Virus record (IMG/VR): IMGVR_UViG_3300044512_002323
Span: 1-26,667 of that record
Length of the DNA: 26,667 bases
Direction: 5' to 3' (one strand)
Origin: a virus
Taxonomy: Duplodnaviria > Caudoviricetes
The notes under the pieces are model-generated. The model was not told the DNA's origin. It ran no database searches and was given only the letters and a program-made list of their open reading frames with translations. Shown here in pieces: positions 1 to 7,691 of the stretch. The translations under genes and the position numbers were made by a program. Positions within the stretch are counted from its first letter, which is position 1; each line of letters begins with the position of its first letter.

Positions 1-2
1 GT

Positions 3-33
3 AAAAAAAAAGACCAAAAACAAGTTTGGTCTT
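3..33 (-). terminator. Intrinsic terminator after the tail-assembly ORF pair
   Basis: The minus strand reads AAGACCAAA-CTTGTT-TTTGGTCTT (9-bp stem) running into a T tract, just after the TAA at 39-41. Confidence 0.75.
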
Positions 34-38
34 CCCTC

Positions 39-237
39 TTATCGTCTACCTTTTTTAGTAGCCTTTTCCATTTCTTCTTTTTCTTTTTCGTATTGTTTAG
101 CCAATCGCTCCAAAAACCATCTTCTCAAAACGATTGGTAGACTATAAGCTTCAATGAAACTCCAACCGCCAAAATGCTTTAGTTGGAATATCTCCTCGTA
201 GACACTTTGGATATAATCATCGTTTAGGCCAAAAAAA
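39..237 (-). CDS. C-terminal extension ORF of the tail assembly chaperone, probably reached by frameshift (gpT/gp51-like position)
   Basis: Reads FFGLNDDYIQSVYEEIFQLKHFGGWSFIEAYSLPIVLRRWFLERL..., resembling the small helical 'W...Y.LP...R.WF' segments that follow tail chaperones. It overlaps the end of 217..1074 in the +1 frame at a T7 run. There is no ATG/GTG at the start of this segment. Confidence 0.65.
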
Positions 238-1074
238 TTCAGTGGTAAACGGTACCTCCATTTCTTGCTCATAGCTACAATCTGGACATTCAAAGTGTTG
301 GGCAAGGTCAACACTAGGTACCGCATCATTATAAGTGAATCTCAAATGACGGGAATCGATTGCTGGCATGTTCTGGATGAAGTTAGAGATAACTCCTTGG
401 TCTGTTTCGCCGTTGACAGAGACAATATACATTCTCATCTGATCGGTAAGACCCAATTCAGGAAGCTTGTTTTTTTGTCTCATTGAGTTTGTTTTGACGA
501 TTGTCTTTTCATCTCTCCCTGTCAAAGGTCTTGCTTCAACAGTAACATTAGTTTTTGGCAGGGTTATGAGGAAGGTTCCTTCTTCTGTCTTCTCTGCAAA
601 GGTTGTATCCTCTTGGTTTGCATTAGAAGCTTCTAGAGCTTCATCTAAGTCAAAAGTATGGTCAGATACAGATCCACAGGAAGGGCAAGGAATCTTTGTA
701 TTGTAGTCGGCTCCATAGCCTGAAATTCTTGTTGCGACAAGAATAGCATTCTTATCTCCAATAAGAAGGTCGTCAATGTTGATTGACTTGTCAACCAAGA
801 CACTTTGGATAAGACGGTCAAGAACAACACCCTTTTTAATCAAAGAGCGATTGACAAGAATGTCTTCATCCTTGGCAGTCATATATCTGATTTCAACTGA
901 CTCTGCATTGTGAAGAGAATGCCCTTCTGGATAGAACTGTCCCTTAGATGGAAGCTCGACCATCTCTGTTGGTGTTGCGAAGTCTAAAGGATTTGTTGTA
1001 GTGGTTGCGGTTGCACCAGTTGAAGTATCTGGCTCATGGGATCCGAAGCGATCCTGATTGTTTCTGCTGCTCAT
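217..1074 (-). CDS. T4 gp26-like baseplate hub / tail assembly chaperone
   Basis: Motifs ELPSKG..YP, IRYMTAKDEDIL and LLIGDKNAILVATRISGYG, two CxxC pairs (CPSC, CPDC) and C-terminal FFWP. It lies directly downstream of the tail tube gene. Confidence 0.75.
   Translation of the reverse strand: MSSRNNQDRFGSHEPDTSTGATATTTTNPLDFATPTEMVELPSKGQFYPEGHSLHNAESVEIRYMTAKDEDILVNRSLIKKGVVLDRLIQSVLVDKSINIDDLLIGDKNAILVATRISGYGADYNTKIPCPSCGSVSDHTFDLDEALEASNANQEDTTFAEKTEEGTFLITLPKTNVTVEARPLTGRDEKTIVKTNSMRQKNKLPELGLTDQMRMYIVSVNGETDQGVISNFIQNMPAIDSRHLRFTYNDAVPSVDLAQHFECPDCSYEQEMEVPFTTEFFWPKR
231..240 (-). promoter_or_regulatory. Putative programmed ribosomal frameshift site GAA TTT TTT T
   Basis: Seven T on the coding strand (plus-strand A231-A237). 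Frame 0 reads E-F-F-W-P-K-R-stop. The +1 frame reads F-F-G-L-N-D and stays open for 63 codons after FF. Confidence 0.6.
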
Positions 1075-1104
1075 TAAAACCTCATTGAGTTAAGTTTTGA
1101 TTGC

Positions 1105-1133
1105 ATTATATGATAAAAAATGTGGTTTGTAAA
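1105..1133 (-). promoter_or_regulatory. Sigma70-type promoter upstream of the gp26-like gene
   Basis: Minus strand has TTTACA (1133-1128), a 17-nt spacer and TATAAT (1110-1105), about 30 nt upstream of the ATG at 1074. Confidence 0.7.
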
Positions 1134-1141
1134 GTGTTTTA

Positions 1142-1702
1142 TTAGTTGCCTGATTTGAAAACATTAATGGCATCTGTGAGACCGCTGTCGTCAAAGGATC
1201 CTTGCTTGACTTCATATCTAACAAAGTCGTATCTCATTTCAACTGTAATGTTCATCAAGTCTTCAGAACCATAGTCGAAATCTCCCATTTCAACATTCTT
1301 GACCCAAGCATTAATCAAAGTGAAACTTTCAATTTCTTTACCCTTATCGTCAAGGGTTACAATCTGAGGAAGTTGGAGAGCACTGATAGCTTCTGCCTTA
1401 GAGATTGTTTCAAAGTTTGTAACGGAAGGGACTCTATATCCACTCTGAGAAAGGAGTGCCAATGCATAACCAGTTGCATTTGGCGAGATAGGGTCAACCA
1501 TTGTAAAAGAAACCGTATTGTATTCAACCCTACCCGGATAGTAGAAAGTGTGATTGAGATACTGGTGTGGGGTTTCAGTCACAGTCAAAGAAGGTCTATT
1601 GACTTTAGTGATTACCCATGTATCAAGCCCTTTCAAGCGGAGGACGAATCTATAAGCTCTTTTTGGTTGTGGAGCATTTGCCCAAAATTTCTTACTTACC
1701 AT
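1142..1702 (-). CDS. gp19: Tail tube protein (T4 gp19-like)
   Basis: Motifs PKRAYRF, YYPGRVEYNTVSFTMVDP and AWVKNVEMGDFDYGSEDLMNITVEMRYD. It is 186 aa and follows the sheath gene. Confidence 0.88.
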   Translation of the reverse strand: MVSKKFWANAPQPKRAYRFVLRLKGLDTWVITKVNRPSLTVTETPHQYLNHTFYYPGRVEYNTVSFTMVDPISPNATGYALALLSQSGYRVPSVTNFETISKAEAISALQLPQIVTLDDKGKEIESFTLINAWVKNVEMGDFDYGSEDLMNITVEMRYDFVRYEVKQGSFDDSGLTDAINVFKSGN

Positions 1703-1735
1703 TGTTTTAGGTTTCCTTTCTAATAGTTTTCTTTA

Positions 1736-1747
1736 TAATAAATAGTT
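1736..1747 (-). promoter_or_regulatory. Putative late-promoter motif AACTATTTATTA
   Basis: Recurrent intergenic motif, about 34 nt upstream of the tube gene start. Confidence 0.55.
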
Positions 1748-1759
1748 GTTTTCTATTTT

Positions 1760-4700
1760 TTAGTCTTCAAATCCTGCACCAGAGTTTGTGATTACAAAGT
1801 CGATTGCGAAGAATTCAACAGCCTTGGTTGGCTTCAAGAAAATCTTAGCATAGATTGTGTTTCTATCAATCATCTCTGCTGTGGTTGTGGTGTCATCAAG
1901 GATAACACGGAATGCTTCCAAACCGAAGTTGTTCTTGATGTTGTCCAAGAATGGATTTACCTGACCAGTGAATCTTGCCCAAGTAGCTTCAACATTTGGT
2001 TCGAACAACAAGTTAGCTGCAATTCTTGAAATTTCTTTCTTTACAAAGATCATCAATCTTCTTACATTGATTCTATCCAATGCCGAAGGAGTTACTTGAA
2101 GTGTCTTCTGCCCGAAGATTACAATTCCTTCGCTTGGGAAAGAAGCGATTGGGTTGATGTGTCTTTCGTACAAGTAGTCTCTTTCCTTAGAGGTAAGCTT
2201 GTTTCTTACATTGGTTACCGGAAGACCAGCAGCACCGTCAGTCAATCCACCTCTGTTGAAACCAGCAGGGGCGAACCAAAGTGCAGTTTGGTTTTCCGAG
2301 AAGGACATAGCACCAAGTGCTGCAACCGATGGCGGTGCCCAAACACCACGACCTGTGATAGTATCCGAGATGCGAACCCAAGGATAGTAAGTAGCACCAT
2401 AGCTTGAGTTGAGGTTACGGAGTTCCATGTTCTGTCCAACTTCAACAACATGCTGCATGATTCCACCTTGACCAGCACCGGGTGTGATTCTGAGTTGCTC
2501 GCTATTGGAGTTTTCAGATTCTGGCAAGTATCCGCCTTTTGGGTCCATGATGATCATAGCATCACCTCTTGATTCGCAGATGCGAAGACCGTGAGTTGTC
2601 AATCCTTGGTTGACGACACCCGGAGCAGTCAAGATGTTTGCTTCAATAAATTCTGGATCTGCGAACATATCGATAGCTTTCTTTACAGTGTAGAACATAG
2701 CTTGTCCTGTTTCTGTAGAAGCTTCTGGAAGTGCTCTTGTCTGGTTGAATGGCTCTTCCTCGGTGATATCAAATCCATTGAATCCACCAAACATTGGGGA
2801 AGTAAATCTGTCATATCCTCTATCAATAATGCTCTTGTAAGAACCAGATCTTGCAGTAACAGAGTCACCCTCTGCTCTTGAACCAGAGCGATAGAATACT
2901 GTGTTCTTGGTGTTGAACTTGAATACCAAGTCATCCAAGGAGAAGTACCAAGAAGTCTTTGTGTTGTTTGCAGATGGGGAGAAAGTTCCGCCATTTGCGA
3001 GTGGGAATACCAAGTCAACCATGCTTGGCTCGTATACTGTCGACCCACTAGATCTTGTGTATTGAGCACCGAAGTATGCTTCAGTTGGATCCGAAAGATC
3101 TCCGTCTGAAGAACTTACTCGAAGTGGTACAGTTGGATGCTTGACCGATCCAGTAAATTGTGCAACCCTATCTTCACTAACAGCTACTGCTGCTGCAAGA
3201 ATAAATTCGTTAGCTCCGGCAGAAACTCTTTCATCTGCTTGGAAAACACCACTTGCTCCTTTACCAGCAGTAAGAGGGCTTGTAACATCCCCATCGTTGT
3301 CTGCCAACGAACCAGTTGAAATAGAATCACTGGAACCGGAGATGGTGATATCAGACAATGTGATTGGTCCTTCAACACCGAATGGAAGCAACTCTGGATT
3401 GGTTTGTGCAGTATCTACAGCATTTGCCATTTGAACACGAACAATCTTAGATCTATTTGGGTAAGTTCCGTACTCAACCAATCTTCTCTGATCATCGTTC
3501 CACTCGTAGTACATATCACCAATCATCTTTGCGATGTAGTTCTCAGAGTTAGGATCCAAGCTAAGACCAGCGAATCTTTCTACATAAACTCTAGCATTGT
3601 CAGTATCGTGTGCATCTCTGATTGCCAATGTGAACGATCCATATGGAGTATTGTCATTCTTGGAATATTTGATGTCTTCGATAGAAATCTTGAATTGCTT
3701 CTGAATTTCTTCTCCCGAACTCAAGCCATGAACCTTGAACAATCTTGTAACAGAATCAAGACTTGCAGCATCATAGATTGGAGACAAAACATTGTTTGAA
3801 ATGGTTGAAGAAGCAACAGTATTTCTCAAATCTTGAGAAATGAACCACCCAGTTCTTGGTTGGCGAGTAGCAAACTTAAAATCACCACCATTTGTAATGT
3901 CAGTGCTAGCTCTACCAAGTCTAACGATCATACCGTAAGCATCGGAACTTGTAATGGTTTCTGCAACTGCTCTTTCGTATGTCTGACCCAGCCAGTAAGT
4001 TGTAGACTGAGCACTATTGCTGTCAACAATGTTAGTGTTTGTGAAAGTTGGGTTTGTGTTGAATACCTTACGGATGTAATTCTGTGAAGACTGGTTGAAA
4101 TTGAAAGCAGTCTTCTTAGTTACAGCACCACTTGAATTTATTACTTGTGCGGTGAACTCTCTTCCTGCTCCATTTACCATAGTGCAAGAAGAAGTTGTTG
4201 AATTTTCTATTGTCTCATCATCATCCGCAGTTACTGCCCCACGAAGTGTACCAGACAAGGTAACAATACCAGATGTTGTGTAGAATACGGCAGCAAGAGT
4301 TCCGTCAACAGCTTCAATGTCACCAGAGTCTCCAGCAGCAGAAGAGGAGTTGAACAAGTAAAGTCCGTATGCACCACCACCTGTTGTGGAGTTGACATCA
4401 GCAGATTTCCAACCTGCTTTACCAGCATCTGTTCCATCGTTGTCAGGAGATTGGTCCCCAAGGAGACGAATAAAAGTAAGTGGACTATTGTTTTTCAACC
4501 AAGCTTGTGCAGCATAAGCAGCAAAAGTTGGAGCAGTCGGTACTCCATATCTCCACAAGTCGCTGGCTTCGGCTCCAGCTACAGGATTGCCGAAAATTGT
4601 TACAAACTCAGAAAAAGAGTCAACTTTAACTGGCTGCATTGCCGGACCTCTACGGGCACGACCGATTACGAGAGGACCAATTGCCTCTGGTGCTTCCGGG

Positions 4701-4768
4701 AGTTGTGAGTTATCAATTTCCTCGATGTGTACTCCGGGTGAAACAAACTTAAAATCTTTTGCCGACAT
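1760..4768 (-). CDS. gp18: Contractile tail sheath protein (T4 gp18-like), 1002 aa
   Basis: N-terminal FVSPGVHIEEID and C-terminal YYPWV, WFAPAGFNRG, INPIASFPSEGIVIFGQKT, SALDRINVRRL and KPTKAVEFFAIDF are sheath hallmarks. The SD is AAGGAG. Confidence 0.96.
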   Translation of the reverse strand: MSAKDFKFVSPGVHIEEIDNSQLPEAPEAIGPLVIGRARRGPAMQPVKVDSFSEFVTIFGNPVAGAEASDLWRYGVPTAPTFAAYAAQAWLKNNSPLTFIRLLGDQSPDNDGTDAGKAGWKSADVNSTTGGGAYGLYLFNSSSAAGDSGDIEAVDGTLAAVFYTTSGIVTLSGTLRGAVTADDDETIENSTTSSCTMVNGAGREFTAQVINSSGAVTKKTAFNFNQSSQNYIRKVFNTNPTFTNTNIVDSNSAQSTTYWLGQTYERAVAETITSSDAYGMIVRLGRASTDITNGGDFKFATRQPRTGWFISQDLRNTVASSTISNNVLSPIYDAASLDSVTRLFKVHGLSSGEEIQKQFKISIEDIKYSKNDNTPYGSFTLAIRDAHDTDNARVYVERFAGLSLDPNSENYIAKMIGDMYYEWNDDQRRLVEYGTYPNRSKIVRVQMANAVDTAQTNPELLPFGVEGPITLSDITISGSSDSISTGSLADNDGDVTSPLTAGKGASGVFQADERVSAGANEFILAAAVAVSEDRVAQFTGSVKHPTVPLRVSSSDGDLSDPTEAYFGAQYTRSSGSTVYEPSMVDLVFPLANGGTFSPSANNTKTSWYFSLDDLVFKFNTKNTVFYRSGSRAEGDSVTARSGSYKSIIDRGYDRFTSPMFGGFNGFDITEEEPFNQTRALPEASTETGQAMFYTVKKAIDMFADPEFIEANILTAPGVVNQGLTTHGLRICESRGDAMIIMDPKGGYLPESENSNSEQLRITPGAGQGGIMQHVVEVGQNMELRNLNSSYGATYYPWVRISDTITGRGVWAPPSVAALGAMSFSENQTALWFAPAGFNRGGLTDGAAGLPVTNVRNKLTSKERDYLYERHINPIASFPSEGIVIFGQKTLQVTPSALDRINVRRLMIFVKKEISRIAANLLFEPNVEATWARFTGQVNPFLDNIKNNFGLEAFRVILDDTTTTAEMIDRNTIYAKIFLKPTKAVEFFAIDFVITNSGAGFED

Positions 4769-4820
4769 TTTATTCTATTCTCCTTTGAAACGACTAATAT
4801 TCTTGACGAAATTATTTCTC

Positions 4821-4832
4821 TAATAAATAGTG
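4821..4832 (-). promoter_or_regulatory. Putative late-promoter motif CACTATTTATTA
   Basis: Same motif as 1736-1747, in the intergenic gap upstream of the sheath gene. Confidence 0.55.
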
Positions 4833-4855
4833 TTTCTTTTTACCAAAGTCCAAAA

Positions 4856-5779
4856 TTATTCTCTATACTTGCCATCCACTGCTGTATTTTCTCTATTTGT
4901 GATTCCATCGCCACTAACTGACAAGGGATCGCTCCATACAACTCGTTCTCTAGGAATCTTTACTTCCACGGCATTTTCTCTAATAGAATACTTTGGAGTG
5001 TTTTGATTGTTGCCTTCTCCAATTAAGTAGCCCAATACTTTCAAATCTACTTTTGTTTCGAATCTTCTCTCTTCTAGTGTCATGTCATCGATATTATTAT
5101 TCAAAGCATAGTTACCCTGCACAAAAGTCTCATAGCGATGTCCATCTCTTTCGATCAAGAAGCTATTGATGGTTCCCGGTCTTGTTATGAACGGCTGCAT
5201 CAATTCATTCATCTGCTGCTGGTATTCTGTTCTTAGGGTTATTGAATAGTTTATCTCCACATAGACAATGGGAGGGATTGAAATGTACTCGTATACAACT
5301 TTTTTAGTTGCTTGTCTTACAAATTTTGGTCCTACTCTATCATTGAATCTTCTACTTGCATCTGCATTTGCAAAATTAGATGTCTTGTCTTGCTTTATTC
5401 TTCTCGCAATAACAAGAGATCCACCTTTCTCTGATTGACTTTGAATTGGGAATTGATCTCCGTAGAAAGCTCCTCTGGTGTTGAGGTCTTTTACAACGGA
5501 GTTTCTTTCAATAGTAATCACAGGCAAGATAATCATGCCTTCATCATCTCTGTATGTCTGACTGTTCTTGATCTGGAAAGATCTTTCAGATGCTACCCAT
5601 ACAACTGGTGTCTTGCTCCAACCTTTATTTGTTGTCGCATGCAAGTCTAACTTGTCATTGATATAATCAAACATTGCATAATCAATCGTCTCAAAGGTTG
5701 ATGGTGAAAAATGCAAGTCATCATCATATCTGCTGACATCTTCTGATGGTATACCAGTATATCTCTTATCAGTAGGCAT
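4856..5779 (-). CDS. Tail terminator / sheath stabiliser (T4 gp15-like)
   Basis: It lies between the neck genes and the sheath. The segments LPVITIER and PPIVYVEINYSITLRT..QQMNELMQPF resemble gp15-family patterns. Confidence 0.6.
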   Translation of the reverse strand: MPTDKRYTGIPSEDVSRYDDDLHFSPSTFETIDYAMFDYINDKLDLHATTNKGWSKTPVVWVASERSFQIKNSQTYRDDEGMIILPVITIERNSVVKDLNTRGAFYGDQFPIQSQSEKGGSLVIARRIKQDKTSNFANADASRRFNDRVGPKFVRQATKKVVYEYISIPPIVYVEINYSITLRTEYQQQMNELMQPFITRPGTINSFLIERDGHRYETFVQGNYALNNNIDDMTLEERRFETKVDLKVLGYLIGEGNNQNTPKYSIRENAVEVKIPRERVVWSDPLSVSGDGITNRENTAVDGKYRE

Positions 5780-6257
5780 TGAAAGTTCCTTTTCTTGCTC
5801 TCTTACATGTAGCCATTATTTCCATTTTGTGTTCTACTTGACCAAACAATTCTCTTGGTTCGTTCAAAGTAACAATCTCATAATGGAATTGACCGTATAA
5901 AACAAAGTCACCTTCTCTAACGAAAAGATTTTGATCCTCTGTCAATCTTCTTTTGTGGAAGTAAATATTGATGCTCGATCTTTTATCTACACCCATGTTT
6001 GCAGTATTTGTTTCTTGCCCTTCCCAACCAATCAAAGCATACACTCTAACAGGCGGCAAAAAGGTCTTTTGTATACTCTCTCCGTATAAAGGATGAAAGT
6101 TTGTTTTTTCCAGACTTATAGGATAATAAAGGATTGTTTGACCAATGACCCTCTCAATGACTTCATCATTGATCTGCTTGACCAGATTCCTTTCTTTCTC
6201 CCCAGTAAATAGCGGTGGAGGCGGATTTGTTGGTTGTGACCATTTGTTATCTGCCAT
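5769..6257 (-). CDS. Neck / head-completion protein (T4 gp14-like)
   Basis: Motifs EVIERVIGQTILYYP, LYGES and VREGDFV...YEI resemble gp14. The gene order gp13-gp14-gp15-gp18 also fits. Confidence 0.6.
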   Translation of the reverse strand: MADNKWSQPTNPPPPLFTGEKERNLVKQINDEVIERVIGQTILYYPISLEKTNFHPLYGESIQKTFLPPVRVYALIGWEGQETNTANMGVDKRSSINIYFHKRRLTEDQNLFVREGDFVLYGQFHYEIVTLNEPRELFGQVEHKMEIMATCKRARKGTFNAY

Positions 6258-6261
6258 TTAC

Positions 6262-7563
6262 TTATCCTACAAATAATGAAGGTGGAATATTCTTCAATAC
6301 ATTCTGTGCTGATTCATTGATGTTGCTATCTTTCTCAGCAAGTTTCTCATATGTGAGTTCATCAAGAACTGTCTTCAATTCGTCTCTAAGGAGATTCTGT
6401 TCTTCTTTAGCCTCACTGACAAGTGCTGGACCATTCAAGGTTACATTATCGTTTGGAATAGGGATTGTCGCAAACTTACTTCTAATCAATCCCAACATCT
6501 CCTTACAAAGAGCAAGAGCAAATCTTCTGATCCATTGCTTACCAATAGAATTTATGTTATCATATGGTATGTTCTCGAATGGGAGTGTGTTCATGTTGCT
6601 CACTCCACTCGCTCCGTTTTCCTTCCCTGCCTCTTCATCCCATGGATCTGTCTCTACAGTGAATTCAACCCAATACTTTGTTGGTCCACCTGTGTACGGT
6701 TTTGGGAAAAGTCTAAGATTATTGTCCTTGACTTCGTAAGAATAGTGAGATGTTCTGGTGTAAATCGCATCTTCGAATGCCATTGCTTGTGCTTTGTTCT
6801 GCCAAGTTGGAATAACTTCGAATGTCGAATCATCTGAGTATTGTCCGTAGTAAGACAAGTTACCTACTGTATTCAAGCCACCATAGTATCCGTAGAATCT
6901 CCACATTGCATTTGGAGTCTTGTAGTATACTTTTCTAATAGTAACTCTCTTGTCTCCATTGTCTCCGAGCTTTTGGTAAAACGGGCTGTCAGTATCTGTT
7001 GTCGAAGTATTACTAATGATTTCTTGCAAGTCATAATCTTGCTGACCCGTTACAACATCAACAGAAGCAGAGTAAATTGGGGTAGTCCCACCAAGACCAG
7101 ATTGTGTAGATACAGCATCACCAATTCGTAGTGCAGTCTGGAATTCATACTTGGGATATCTAAGTGCGACATTAGAGCCACTGAGAGCATCTCCATCTAG
7201 CAATTCACCGTCAGAATCAAAAGAACCTGTGCCTGCACCAAGAACACTTCCAAGCACATTCTTAGCTTGGTGTACATTGATCAAATAAGAATATTCAAGA
7301 CATGCCTCTTCATAAGCTGCATATACTTGATACTCAGTGATCTCGATATCTAATACATCACCTCCAAGTTTCTTATAAACATAAGTTACTTGATCTGCTG
7401 CACCTTCTTTGAAAGCATTGAGGGCCTCTTCAGAGGATGCATGTTCAATGTACACTCCGTATGGAAGTGGATTATCTGAGCTATTAACATTGTCAACATT
7501 TCCAGTTACAGGTAATCTAGAGATGCTTACAGTGCTTGATGGTGTTAGAGTTGGGTAAGCCAT
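6262..7563 (-). CDS. Neck / head-tail adaptor protein (T4 gp13-like)
   Basis: Motifs KKLGGDVLDIEIT and WIRRFALALCKEMLG.IRSKF..IP.P...VTLNG..L.SEA are typical of gp13-like proteins. It follows the capsid gene and has SD AAGGAG. Confidence 0.72.
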   Translation of the reverse strand: MAYPTLTPSSTVSISRLPVTGNVDNVNSSDNPLPYGVYIEHASSEEALNAFKEGAADQVTYVYKKLGGDVLDIEITEYQVYAAYEEACLEYSYLINVHQAKNVLGSVLGAGTGSFDSDGELLDGDALSGSNVALRYPKYEFQTALRIGDAVSTQSGLGGTTPIYSASVDVVTGQQDYDLQEIISNTSTTDTDSPFYQKLGDNGDKRVTIRKVYYKTPNAMWRFYGYYGGLNTVGNLSYYGQYSDDSTFEVIPTWQNKAQAMAFEDAIYTRTSHYSYEVKDNNLRLFPKPYTGGPTKYWVEFTVETDPWDEEAGKENGASGVSNMNTLPFENIPYDNINSIGKQWIRRFALALCKEMLGLIRSKFATIPIPNDNVTLNGPALVSEAKEEQNLLRDELKTVLDELTYEKLAEKDSNINESAQNVLKNIPPSLFVG

Positions 7564-7593
7564 TCATTATATCTCCTTGACACAATCGTATCA

Positions 7594-7605
7594 TAGTAAT
7601 TAGTT
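7594..7605 (-). promoter_or_regulatory. Putative late-promoter motif AACTAATTACTA
   Basis: Variant of the recurrent motif, located between the capsid-gene terminator and the neck gene start. Confidence 0.5.
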
Positions 7606-7630
7606 GTTTGGAAGACATAAAGCAAGTAGA

Positions 7631-7666
7631 AAAGAAAAAAGCCCCGCCAAATGAATGACGAGGCTC
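7631..7666 (-). terminator. Intrinsic terminator after the major capsid gene
   Basis: The minus strand reads GAGCCTCGTCA-TTCATT-TGGCGGGGCTT (stem with G:U pairs) followed by TTTTCTTT. Confidence 0.8.
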
Positions 7667-7691
7667 TTCGTGTTAGCTAAGATCGCTTGGA

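Noticed and set aside
238-329. N-terminal part of the 96-aa ORF (MMRYLVLTLP...)
   Set aside because: It overlaps the conserved CPDC...FFWP end of the gp26-like gene and has no evident SD. It is better explained as incidental open frame before the slippery site.
1142-4768. Bacterial contractile injection system (eCIS, T6SS or tailocin)
   Set aside because: Capsid, portal, protease and terminase genes are present, so this is a complete phage morphogenesis module.
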